A stretch of DNA of 64,000 nt, from NCBI GenBank assembly GCA_963809805.1, contig CAWELB010000008.1:684157-748156 (forward strand), read 5' to 3'. Positions 36,422-44,828 of the stretch are shown piece after piece. Both the position numbers and the translations under genes were made by a program. The notes below the pieces were generated by a model, which did no database searches, was not told the origin of the DNA, and worked only from the letters and a program-made list of their open reading frames with translations. The stretch comes from an uncultured Chloroflexia bacterium (GTDB lineage Bacteria > Chloroflexota > Anaerolineae > Anaerolineales > UBA4823). How positions within the stretch are numbered: the stretch's first letter is position 1; each line of letters starts with the position of its first letter.

Positions 36422-37033
36422 ATGGTGGACAAAAGGACAGACATCGAAAAAGCGCTGACAAAACTCAGCACAGCCAGGGATAGGATCGCCCAGCAGCTCG
36501 AAGAGAGTGAAGCACAGGTTAAACTGTTGCAGGAAGTGGTCAATAGCGCATTGTTGGAAAGTGGGGAGACTAACCACCTCTCCGAATTGAGTATTAACAG
36601 GGAGAGGGTCAATTCTCTCCATCAGGCCTTGCAGTATGCCAACGGCCAGGTCAATCAAGCTCGCCAGGCCCTTGAGGATCATGACCGGGCAGCTCAAGGC
36701 GGGATTATCATGGACATGGATAAAAAGGTCCAACAGGCAATCGTGAATCTGCAGGCCAAAATTGGAGAAGCTGGATTGAAGGCTGAGGTGGATAAACTGG
36801 GTGAAATGATTGCGGAACTAGAGCGACTGTCGAATAGCGGTGTACAGGTTATTGATGTCGCAGAGCATTGCTATTCGGCAAAAAATATCCATGATCGTTT
36901 ATCCCGCTCACTTCTGGCCTCCTGGCAGGATATTGAGGGATTGGGTTGGGGACAAGCTCATTCTCAAGCCTCGAGCCGGCCGAATTATATCGAAGGGTTT
37001 GGTGTGAGGCCTGGCAATTTGATCAGTTCATAA
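36422..37033 (+). CDS. hypothetical coiled-coil protein
   Basis: 203 aa with heptad-like Q/E/L-rich sequence, preceded by AGGAGA. Confidence 0.5.
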   Translation: MVDKRTDIEKALTKLSTARDRIAQQLEESEAQVKLLQEVVNSALLESGETNHLSELSINRERVNSLHQALQYANGQVNQARQALEDHDRAAQGGIIMDMDKKVQQAIVNLQAKIGEAGLKAEVDKLGEMIAELERLSNSGVQVIDVAEHCYSAKNIHDRLSRSLLASWQDIEGLGWGQAHSQASSRPNYIEGFGVRPGNLISS

Positions 37034-37205
37034 GTATGCCTGACAGGTCACGGGCTGGCCCGTTGACCTTTTGGGAGTTTGCTACCTGTTAGAGGGTCGG
37101 GGTGGCAAAGAATCCTTCTCCTTTCGTAGTGGGCTGTCGGAATGGGCCGGCAGCCCGACAGGAGGTAATCTGTGACTGGAATCCTCGGACGACTATCAGA
37201 TACGG

Positions 37206-37424
37206 ATGATGAATAAACCAAAAGCGCTCGAGCCTGAATTTACCCCTGTTTTGTCGGATATATTCACAGCCGAACAGGAGGTGCAGCTGGCAAGGCTTCT
37301 GACTGAGCTGTTGTTGATTGGCTGGGGTTCATTGGAGATCGTGATTGGTGGGCATAGAAAGAAATTCTTCCGGCCAAAGAGGTCGATCACGATTCGTGGA
37401 GCTGAGGATAATGCTGAAAACTGA
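37206..37424 (+). CDS. small hypothetical protein
   Basis: 72-aa ORF with no recognisable domain. Confidence 0.3.
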   Translation: MMNKPKALEPEFTPVLSDIFTAEQEVQLARLLTELLLIGWGSLEIVIGGHRKKFFRPKRSITIRGAEDNAEN

Positions 37425-37526
37425 TGAATTTTATTATATATTGACCTTAAATGCCTGCAGAATAGCTCTGGGAGCCTCCAGGAAGGCTCAGGAAGCTCTA
37501 CTATTAACTATATGGTGGAGTTATGC

Positions 37527-37554
37527 TTGACATTGAGTCAATTCGCCGTACAAT
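37527..37554 (+). promoter_or_regulatory. near-consensus sigma70 promoter (TTGACA-16-TACAAT)
   Basis: TTGACA is at 37527-37532 and TACAAT at 37549-37554. Confidence 0.6.
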
Positions 37555-37560
37555 CGCTGT

Positions 37561-37697
37561 AGCTTCAATAAGAAGCGGTCCCGGAAGGTGTTGAAGCACC
37601 AACCAGGACCTAACCTATCAACCGGGTGAACGGTCAACAGGCTAATATAATTTTACTCGACTGTCCCCGGATTATCAAAATCGGGGATTTTATTATT
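37561..37697 (+). ncRNA. candidate ~135-nt structured RNA / terminator-containing leader upstream of int
   Basis: It starts at the predicted +1 of the promoter above. There is a 7-bp stem (37562-37568 / 37591-37597). A terminator, tccccg-N12-cgggga followed by ttttattatt, lies at 37664-37697, 30 nt before the int ATG. Confidence 0.35.
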
Positions 37698-37727
37698 CCT
37701 GAGACGCAAGCGAAAGTTAGGTGTTGA

Positions 37728-38861
37728 ATGGCAAAGATCCGTAAACATGGTGAGGGCAACATCCACCAGCTAACATCTGGTAGCTGGAGGGGACGGCTGA
37801 CAGTAGATGGCCGGCGAGTGTACTTCACATCGAAATCTATGAGCGAGGTAAAAACTTGGCTCCGCAAAACAGCGGAGCAGATTGACCAGGGGATGACGTA
37901 CCAGGCTGCGAAGATTACAATGGAGCAGTACCTGGATAACTGGCTCGCTGGGAAAAAGACCTCCACCAGGTCAACTACCTACAGCCATTATGCGTCAATT
38001 TGTAATAAATACCTTAAACCGGCGTTTGGCAGGATCCGGGTGAAGGACATCACAGCCGATAAAATCAAATTTGTTTACAACAAATGGCAAAACGAGGGAG
38101 TTGGTGCTTATACCATCCGGAAGGCGCATAATGTACTTCACAACGCCCTGGAAGAAGCTGAGAGTACCGGAATGGTCATGCGGAATGTGTGTGATCATGC
38201 GAAACCTCCCAAAGAACCGGATAACGAGGTGAAACCCTGGACGGCTGACCTGGCCAACCAATTCCTAACTACCGCAAAAGGACACCGGTTGTATGCACTT
38301 TTTTACCTGGCACTGGCTACCGGCATGAGACAGATGGAGTTGTTGGGTTTAAAGTGGTCGGATCTGGACCGAGGCAGTGGGATCCTGCACGTGCAACGAC
38401 AGCTTTCACGGTCCGGTGGGCTCGAGCTGCCATTGAAAACCAGGAATGCAAAGCGCTCGATCGAGCTAGGGGCGGTCACGCTGCAGGTGCTGGAGGAGCA
38501 TTACCAGCTGCAGCTGCAGGAATGCCAGAATGGCGGCAACCATTGGAAGGATACCGGCCTGATGTTCACCAGCACGACCGGAACACCGCTTATTTACAAG
38601 AACATGATGGACCGGGATTTTAAACCTCTGATGACAGCTGCCAGGGTGCCGATGATCCGCTTTCATGATCTACGGCATACTGCAGCCAGTTTGTTGATCT
38701 GCAATAGAGTGCCGATATTCATCGTTTCCAAGATTCTGGGCCATGCCAGGCCCAGCATTACAAGTGATATCTACGGCCACCTTGTACCTGGGTCAATGGA
38801 TGGAATTGGCGATATGATGGATGAAATGATCGCACCGATTCAGATCAATCTATCAATCTGA
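37728..38861 (+). CDS. int: tyrosine recombinase / phage integrase
   Basis: Catalytic signature: ATGMRQMEL (Arg), FHDLRHTAASLL (HxxR) and LGHARPSITSDIYGH (His/Tyr). It has an N-terminal SAM-like domain and lies adjacent to the tRNA. Confidence 0.95.
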   Translation: MAKIRKHGEGNIHQLTSGSWRGRLTVDGRRVYFTSKSMSEVKTWLRKTAEQIDQGMTYQAAKITMEQYLDNWLAGKKTSTRSTTYSHYASICNKYLKPAFGRIRVKDITADKIKFVYNKWQNEGVGAYTIRKAHNVLHNALEEAESTGMVMRNVCDHAKPPKEPDNEVKPWTADLANQFLTTAKGHRLYALFYLALATGMRQMELLGLKWSDLDRGSGILHVQRQLSRSGGLELPLKTRNAKRSIELGAVTLQVLEEHYQLQLQECQNGGNHWKDTGLMFTSTTGTPLIYKNMMDRDFKPLMTAARVPMIRFHDLRHTAASLLICNRVPIFIVSKILGHARPSITSDIYGHLVPGSMDGIGDMMDEMIAPIQINLSI

Positions 38862-38899
38862 TCTCCAGGAGGAAGAAATAAACTTGAAAGGACCCAAAC

Positions 38900-39634
38900 A
38901 TGGATAAAAAACGCGAACTAATTCACCTCGAGCGCTTCAAAGAGAATTGTACTTTCTTTCCAGAGGGTGAAATTGACTGCACTGAGAGGCCTGATTTTAT
39001 CATTCATACAAACGAAAAGATCGTTGGTATTGAACACACAGAGATATTCCAGCCAGGGCCTCCAGATGGAAGTTCCCTTCAAGCTCAAGATGTTTTAGCG
39101 CAGAAAATTGTTAAGCAAGCAAGTGATCTTTATTTACAAGATAAAAATAAACCAATTTTAGTTCAGATAATGTTTCGTTCGGGCATTTTATTAAAGAAAA
39201 AAAGAATCGATCACCTTGCTGTAAGTATTTATCAAATAATAAAGAGAGAATCATTACTCCCTGGACAGATCATTACTTTGCACAGAACGCACGTAAATTA
39301 TAGATATTTTCCAAGCGAAATTGCGATGATCCATATTGCAGCGCAACCGAATGGTGAAAATAATTTCTGGTACTGTTCGAGTGCGGGTATCATTCCTGAT
39401 GTCGATGCTGATTATATACAAGAGAAAATCGATAGCAAGAAACAGGAGATAGACTTTTATAGATCTCGGTGCTCAGAAATATGGCTGCTTATTGTGGCGG
39501 AGTATCTGCGGATTCCGAAAGCAATAAATATTTCCAGAGATGCTGTTTTACATCATTATCACACACAATTCAATAGAGTTTTTATATTCTGGTTTATGAC
39601 AGGGGAATATATCGAGCTTCAATTGACGATTTAA
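38900..39634 (+). CDS. hypothetical protein, possible PD-(D/E)xK-like nuclease
   Basis: 244 aa and AT-rich. ERPDFIIHTNEKIVGIEHTEI is loosely PD...E-like. It lies between int and attR. Confidence 0.5.
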   Translation: MDKKRELIHLERFKENCTFFPEGEIDCTERPDFIIHTNEKIVGIEHTEIFQPGPPDGSSLQAQDVLAQKIVKQASDLYLQDKNKPILVQIMFRSGILLKKKRIDHLAVSIYQIIKRESLLPGQIITLHRTHVNYRYFPSEIAMIHIAAQPNGENNFWYCSSAGIIPDVDADYIQEKIDSKKQEIDFYRSRCSEIWLLIVAEYLRIPKAINISRDAVLHHYHTQFNRVFIFWFMTGEYIELQLTI

Positions 39635-39703
39635 AAACCAATGATTGAACGGGTGAGATCATCGCAGCGATTCGGGTAGATCTTCCATTGGTGAATTCGA
39701 AGT

Positions 39704-39767
39704 AATTGGTCACGAATTGGTCACGAATTGACCATGAATTTTAAGAATCAACAAATAATGTGACCAA
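39704..39767. promoter_or_regulatory. arm-type repeat cluster at the attR side (AATTGGTCACG x2, inverted copies)
   Basis: aattggtcacg is at 39704 and 39715. aattgaccatg at 39726 contains the inverted core, and gtgaccaa at 39760-39767 is another inverted copy. Confidence 0.55.
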
Positions 39768-39843
39768 CGCCTATAAAATCGACTAGTTCAAACTAAAAAC
39801 CGGCTAATAAGCCGGTGTTTGCAATAATAAGTGCTCATTTTTG

Positions 39844-39885
39844 TGGGCGGAATAGGACTCGAACCTACGACCTCCTCTGTGTAAG
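39844..39885. repeat. attR core (inside tRNA-Val)
   Basis: Identical to 25795-25836. Confidence 0.95.
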
Positions 39886-39917
39886 AGAGGCGTTCTAACC
39901 AACTGAACTATCCGCCC
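39844..39917 (-). tRNA. tRNA-Val (anticodon TAC)
   Basis: The reverse complement GGGCGGATAGTTCAGTTGGTTAGAACGCCTCTCTTACACAGAGGAGGTCGTAGGTTCGAGTCCTATTCCGCCCA folds as a canonical cloverleaf. It has a 7-bp acceptor stem, a GTTC/GAAC D stem, a CCTCT/AGAGG anticodon stem, and a TTCGAGT T loop. Confidence 0.95.
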
Positions 39918-40028
39918 GGCGCAGTGATTATACCTTAGTTTTTCTGCAGCCTGGATGCTCATTCTTCCAATATTCCGCAAATTCGTTTGCATTTTTCTCC
40001 ATCTTTATGATACACTTTGTATTAAAAT

Positions 40029-40886
40029 ATGATGAGTTTGGAGAAGATTATGACCTACGAAGAACGCATTCGTCGTGATCGTCCTAACATGTCGAAAAGC
40101 TTCGCCAAATTAGCGGATTTCCTGCTCGATTCCTACATCCAGGCTTCCTTCATGACCGCCAGCGAGCTTGCCCACGCCTTAAACCTGGATGCTGCCACGG
40201 TAGTCCGTTTCTCCCAACACCTGGGCTACAAAGGCTATCCCGAATTACTGCGTGAAATTCGCGATAAAGTTCGCCAAAACATCCTTTACCACCCACAAGA
40301 CGCCAAAGAACCCGATTCCTTGCCCGGCGTAGTAACTTCTGCCTTATCAACCCTGAGTCATGAGCTCGACCAGATGCGCCTCATGCTGGATATTGATTCG
40401 ATTGAAAAGCTGGTCAATGCGATTGGTAAAGCCCGCCGCATCATATTGCTGGTGGAATCCCCTGCCCAACCGGCGGCCTATAACCTGGTTTATTTCCTCG
40501 AGCAGGGTGGTTTTCCAATCTATATCGCCCGGCCGGGTGTGATCGATTTCGCCCGCACCGTTCACACCGCCTCCCCCCAGGATTTACTTCTAGCGATTGA
40601 TGTCACGGGGCAATCCCCCTTCATCGCTCGCTCACTGGCAGAAGCCAAGGCACGCGAAATTCCCACTGCTGCTATCGTTGGAGCAGCTTCCTTGCCCACC
40701 GCTCGCGCAGCCAGTGTGGTATTGGCTGCCTCCGAACACCCTTCCCCAACCAGTGGCATGATCGTGATCAGTTCCATCATTTACATCCTCGTCGAAGCCC
40801 TTCATTGGTCATTCTCCCAGCGTTTCTCGGGTGCCGAGCAGGCCATTGCCGATCTTGCCAGCCGCATCCAGGAACCAGAAGATTGA
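40029..40886 (+). CDS. MurR/RpiR-family transcriptional regulator (HTH + SIS)
   Basis: 285 aa with an N-terminal HTH_6-like region (FAKLADFLLDSY...ASELAHALNLDAATVVRFSQHLGYKGYPEL) and a C-terminal SIS-like domain. Confidence 0.8.
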   Translation: MMSLEKIMTYEERIRRDRPNMSKSFAKLADFLLDSYIQASFMTASELAHALNLDAATVVRFSQHLGYKGYPELLREIRDKVRQNILYHPQDAKEPDSLPGVVTSALSTLSHELDQMRLMLDIDSIEKLVNAIGKARRIILLVESPAQPAAYNLVYFLEQGGFPIYIARPGVIDFARTVHTASPQDLLLAIDVTGQSPFIARSLAEAKAREIPTAAIVGAASLPTARAASVVLAASEHPSPTSGMIVISSIIYILVEALHWSFSQRFSGAEQAIADLASRIQEPED

Positions 40887-40896
40887 ATAAATCTCC

Positions 40897-41664
40897 ATGC
40901 GCCTGATACGCTACCAAATCAAAAACGAGTCCGCCCGGTTCGGTTGGGTAAATATTTCGATGGTCGGGGCGCTGGTTGGTTCTCCTTTTGGAGAATATCA
41001 ACGCTCCGAAGCCAACATTCCCCTCGAATCTATCCAGCTCCTTGCACCTGTCCTGCCCGGCAAGATTATCTGCGTTGGTAGGAATTATGCCGAACACATC
41101 AAAGAAACCAGTGCGGAAACCCCCTCCACCCCACTGCTTTTCCTGAAACCTCCCTCATCCGTCATTGGACCCGACCAAACCATATATATGCCTCCTCAAT
41201 CCCTACAGGTCGATCATGAGGCTGAGCTGGTAGTCGTGATCGGTAAACGTGGTCGTTGGATTCAACCATCCGAAGCCTCCAGCTACATCTATGGCTATAC
41301 GGTTGGCAATGATGTAACCGCCCGTGACCTGCAGCGCAAGGATGGTCAGTGGACGCGCAGCAAAGGCTTTGATACTTTCTGCCCCCTCGGTCCTTGGATT
41401 GAGACTGAATTTAATCCCGCCGATGCGATGATCTCCTGTCACGTTAACGGCGAGCTGCGGCAGATGGCATCCACCCGCGACATGATCTTTCATATAGACC
41501 AGCTGGTTGCCTTTATTTCATCGATCATGACTCTGGAAGTGGGTGATGTGATTATGACCGGTACTCCTGCCGGAATCAGCCCCTTGCATCCCGCGGATGT
41601 CGTCGAAGTCACCATCGATGGGATTGGTAAATTACGTAATAACGTGGCGTTGGAAGTTCATTAA
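40897..41664 (+). CDS. fumarylacetoacetate hydrolase family protein
   Basis: KIICVGRNYAEHIKE, HEAELVVVIGK, GYTVGNDVTARDLQ and GTPAG are typical FAH-family motifs. Confidence 0.9.
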   Translation: MRLIRYQIKNESARFGWVNISMVGALVGSPFGEYQRSEANIPLESIQLLAPVLPGKIICVGRNYAEHIKETSAETPSTPLLFLKPPSSVIGPDQTIYMPPQSLQVDHEAELVVVIGKRGRWIQPSEASSYIYGYTVGNDVTARDLQRKDGQWTRSKGFDTFCPLGPWIETEFNPADAMISCHVNGELRQMASTRDMIFHIDQLVAFISSIMTLEVGDVIMTGTPAGISPLHPADVVEVTIDGIGKLRNNVALEVH

Positions 41665-41679
41665 TTTCTGCTTTCATAT

Positions 41680-42675
41680 ATGAAGCTAGATATCCACACT
41701 GGGGTCATTACCTTCGTTGCACTGCTTTCCATATTGGCTGCGTATGGGATCTTCACGGGTATTCGATCGATCCGCAAAGCACGCACACTAAAATTCTTTC
41801 GTATGCGCCGTGATCGCATGGTCATCGGTTGGAGGATGCTGTTCTTATCCTTTGTATTTATCCTTGTGGCGATCCTTACCCGCCGGTTTGCGGAACCGAT
41901 TGCGTACCACTACTTTCCTCCCACAGCCACCCCCTCGCAAACACCTACGGTTACCAACACGCCAACTATCACGCTTACGCCTACCATTACCCTTACCCCC
42001 ACGATCACCCCTACGCCTTCAATCACCGATACACCCACCGTAACCCCCACCCCCCATGTGCCCCTGGCGGTTGAAGAGCAATTTTTAAGCACCACAACAC
42101 CCAACCCTGCAGCTGTTTTCAGCCCCCTTGTGTTCGCCCAGGCTCTGGATAAAGATTTCGTACCGATAAACCCGGCCAAAGTCTTCCAAAATCCGGTGGG
42201 TCACCTGTACGCTCAATTCACCTATGACAAAATGACACCAGGTGCCCAATGGTCAGCCCTCTGGTATTTTGGGAATGAGCTGGTATATTACGAGACCAAT
42301 CCCTGGGATGGAGGCACCGGTGGCATAGGGTATACAGATTGGAATCCCGAACCATTTATGTGGCAGGTGGGTGAATATGAAGTCCAGATTTTCGTGGGAT
42401 TGAGTTGGAAAACCTCTGGTCGCTTCACCGTGGAAGGTCAGCCGCCCACCGCTGTCCCGAGTGCAACGCCTTCCCTCACCCCCACGCCCACTCGCACACT
42501 GCGCCCATCTGATACGCTTGTACCTTCACCCACTCCCACGCCCTCTCAGAGATACATAACGCCAACCTTCACCGCCTCTTACACCCACGCCCCCACATTT
42601 ACCAACACCCCGCCCACCCCCTCATCTACCCACGCACCTACCTATACCAATACTCCCTCCACACCTTCACCTTAG
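41680..42675 (+). CDS. membrane-anchored protein with Pro/Thr repeat linkers
   Basis: Two N-terminal TM helices, then TPTITLTPTITLTPTITPTPSITDTPTVTPTP, a ~150-aa globular core, and a second PT/ST-rich tail. Confidence 0.7.
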   Translation: MKLDIHTGVITFVALLSILAAYGIFTGIRSIRKARTLKFFRMRRDRMVIGWRMLFLSFVFILVAILTRRFAEPIAYHYFPPTATPSQTPTVTNTPTITLTPTITLTPTITPTPSITDTPTVTPTPHVPLAVEEQFLSTTTPNPAAVFSPLVFAQALDKDFVPINPAKVFQNPVGHLYAQFTYDKMTPGAQWSALWYFGNELVYYETNPWDGGTGGIGYTDWNPEPFMWQVGEYEVQIFVGLSWKTSGRFTVEGQPPTAVPSATPSLTPTPTRTLRPSDTLVPSPTPTPSQRYITPTFTASYTHAPTFTNTPPTPSSTHAPTYTNTPSTPSP

Positions 42676-42744
42676 CCTTTTCTATTACAAAATTGGCTAT
42701 GCGCAAGGTTGGAGATTACTTTACATTAAATTGAGCTTCTGCGA

Positions 42745-43674
42745 TTATGATTTCAACGGTTCGATGGAAATATAATGTGCGACTTCTGCAGCGACGCAGG
42801 CATTATTACCCAACAGCCCAAGGTTCGCTCGTAAACTTGCCTTCCCGGTCAGCTCGCTCACCCTGCGCAGCAGAAATGGTGTCACTGCTTGCCCCCGAAT
42901 ATTCTCCATCTTTGCTTCCTTCAGGGCAGCTTGAATAGCCCCCTCGATAACCACCGTATCCAGTGCCACCTCCCTTGGCGGTGGCACTCCCACTAGGACC
43001 GCACTGTGAGACCCCAGGTCCCAATGGATTTTTGCCAGGTTAGCTACCTCTTCAGCTGAATCTGCCCGTGCACTCACCCCCCTCCCGCTGCTGATCGAAT
43101 AGAAAGCTGGAAATTCGTCCGTCTTATATCCGATGACGGGAACGCCATAAGTCTCCAGTACTTCTAACGTGGCAGGGATATCTAAAATCGCCTTAGCACC
43201 CGCACATACCACCACCAGCTGTGATCGTCCCAATTGGCCCAGGTCAGCTGATACATCGAAAGGTGCCCCTCGATGCACCCCACCAATCCCTCCCGTGGCA
43301 AAGACCTTGATCCCCACTACCTGTGCAATCGCCAGAGTCCCGGCGACCGTGGTGCCCCCACTTTTATGCTGCGAAACCGCTGGACCGATGTCGCGGTTGC
43401 TTACTTTCAGCATGTCTTTAGCCTGTGCCAGGCGTTCCAGTTTTCTTTCATCCAGTCCAATACAGATCATTCCATCCAGGATGGCGATGGTGGCAGGGAC
43501 ACACCCCTGCTTTCGCACCTCGTTCTCCAGGCTTTTTGCCAGTTCTCCATTCTCTGGGAAGGGTAATCCATGGGTGATCACGGTAGATTCCAGCGCTACG
43601 ATGGGTTTCCCATCTTTTATCGCCTGGGTCACCTCGGGCAGGTAGGAAAAGAATTCCCTATGCCAGCTGGTCAT
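42745..43674 (-). CDS. psuG: pseudouridine-5'-phosphate glycosidase
   Basis: 309 aa with VALESTVITHGLPFPEN and ...FATGGIGGVHRG, typical of IndA/PsuG. Confidence 0.9.
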   Translation of the reverse strand: MTSWHREFFSYLPEVTQAIKDGKPIVALESTVITHGLPFPENGELAKSLENEVRKQGCVPATIAILDGMICIGLDERKLERLAQAKDMLKVSNRDIGPAVSQHKSGGTTVAGTLAIAQVVGIKVFATGGIGGVHRGAPFDVSADLGQLGRSQLVVVCAGAKAILDIPATLEVLETYGVPVIGYKTDEFPAFYSISSGRGVSARADSAEEVANLAKIHWDLGSHSAVLVGVPPPREVALDTVVIEGAIQAALKEAKMENIRGQAVTPFLLRRVSELTGKASLRANLGLLGNNACVAAEVAHYISIEPLKS

Positions 43675-44632
43675 ACAATTTCTCCAGGGATAGATCCGGT
43701 ATTACCGCCCCACGGTAGTTCAGGGTTAAGGACTCGGCTGCAACCCCCAGTCGGACTGCATCATCGATCGGCATCTGGTTCATCAAGCCGAACAGCACCG
43801 CCGCGGTGAGAGCATCCCCCGCTCCTGTCGGATCAACAATGTTCGTGCGAAGAGGCGGAACATACCCGCTAGTTTCAGACGTGGCGTAACAGACCCCAAG
43901 TTCTGCCATGGTGACGATGGCAATCTCCACCCCCTTGCCCACCAGGTATTTGGCTGCTTCGATGGCTGCCTTTCGAGTGGTCGGTCCAGAATTCCGCTCA
44001 CATAGAATCGATGCTTCACCACCATTCGGCACTACTAATCGTAATCGTGGAAGATAAGGGATTAGTTTGTCTGCCAGCAGTTCAGACGTGGGGTCGGCAC
44101 ATATGGGCAGGTTCACTCGTCGTGCCACCGACATGATGGTACGTAAAGTTTCCTTGGATAAATTGGTATCGATGAATAACAAGCAAGCTTGTGCAAATAA
44201 ATCTTCATGGGTATGGATGTATTTGGGTGATAATTCGGTCAGGATACGCATATCATCCAGACCATACTCCAGCTTACCGCTGGCATTTACTACTGCCAGG
44301 TAGGATCCGGTAGGATATTCGCTCGAGCGTAGCACCGCCTCCACATCCGCCCCCGCCTCTGCGATGGCATCGATCAAACGCTCGCCCGAGGTATCATCCC
44401 CCACCACAGTTAAGAAGGTCACGGGGGTGCCGAGACGTAGCAAGTTTTCTGCCACATTGCGGGCTGCCCCACCAAAAGATAGCCTGATCTGTGCTGGGTT
44501 GGAGGTATGAGCTATCAGGTCGGATTTTATCCTGCCGACCATGTCCCACCCCGCAGCACCGATCACGAGCACAGGCAAATCGGAGGGTATCACTGATTCA
44601 TTTAGCATGGGTCTCGTCTCTTTGAAGAACAC
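43658..44632 (-). CDS. psuK: PfkB-family carbohydrate kinase, probable pseudouridine kinase
   Basis: PfkB motifs are GGAARNVA and DPTGAGDAL. The 17-nt overlap with psuG suggests an operon. Confidence 0.75.
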   Translation of the reverse strand: MFFKETRPMLNESVIPSDLPVLVIGAAGWDMVGRIKSDLIAHTSNPAQIRLSFGGAARNVAENLLRLGTPVTFLTVVGDDTSGERLIDAIAEAGADVEAVLRSSEYPTGSYLAVVNASGKLEYGLDDMRILTELSPKYIHTHEDLFAQACLLFIDTNLSKETLRTIMSVARRVNLPICADPTSELLADKLIPYLPRLRLVVPNGGEASILCERNSGPTTRKAAIEAAKYLVGKGVEIAIVTMAELGVCYATSETSGYVPPLRTNIVDPTGAGDALTAAVLFGLMNQMPIDDAVRLGVAAESLTLNYRGAVIPDLSLEKLYDQLA

Positions 44633-44828
44633 CGATATTTTACCGGAAAATCCGACATTAGGGTTGGAATTAGTTAATATGTATATATAGTGTTGGATTA
44701 TTCTGCGATTTTTACCATCCCATGAATGGATACTTGTATGAGAAGTAAAGGAAATTCCAAAATCTTAGCTCCATATCCATGATGGATAATCATTGATACA
44801 ATAGGTGTGACTCTCATGGGAGACAATC

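Larger units (their letters stand above)
25795..39917. mobile_element. 14.1-kb tRNA-Val-integrated element, phage-satellite / PICI-like
   Basis: Exact 42-bp att repeats, with the integrase next to the intact tRNA. It also has Xis/RHH, primase plus helicase, an iteron cluster, VRR-NUC and a P27-like TerS, but no recognisable virion or lysis genes. Confidence 0.8.

Noticed and set aside
41810-42179. Alternative-frame ORFs within the Pro/Thr repeat region of 41680-42675.
   Set aside because: They are artefacts of the repetitive ACN/CCN sequence. The long frame with N-terminal TM helices and a globular core is the coherent one.
43169-43645. A 158-aa plus-strand ORF, and other ORFs antisense to psuG/psuK.
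   Set aside because: They are antisense to strongly supported psuG and psuK and have a shadow-ORF composition.
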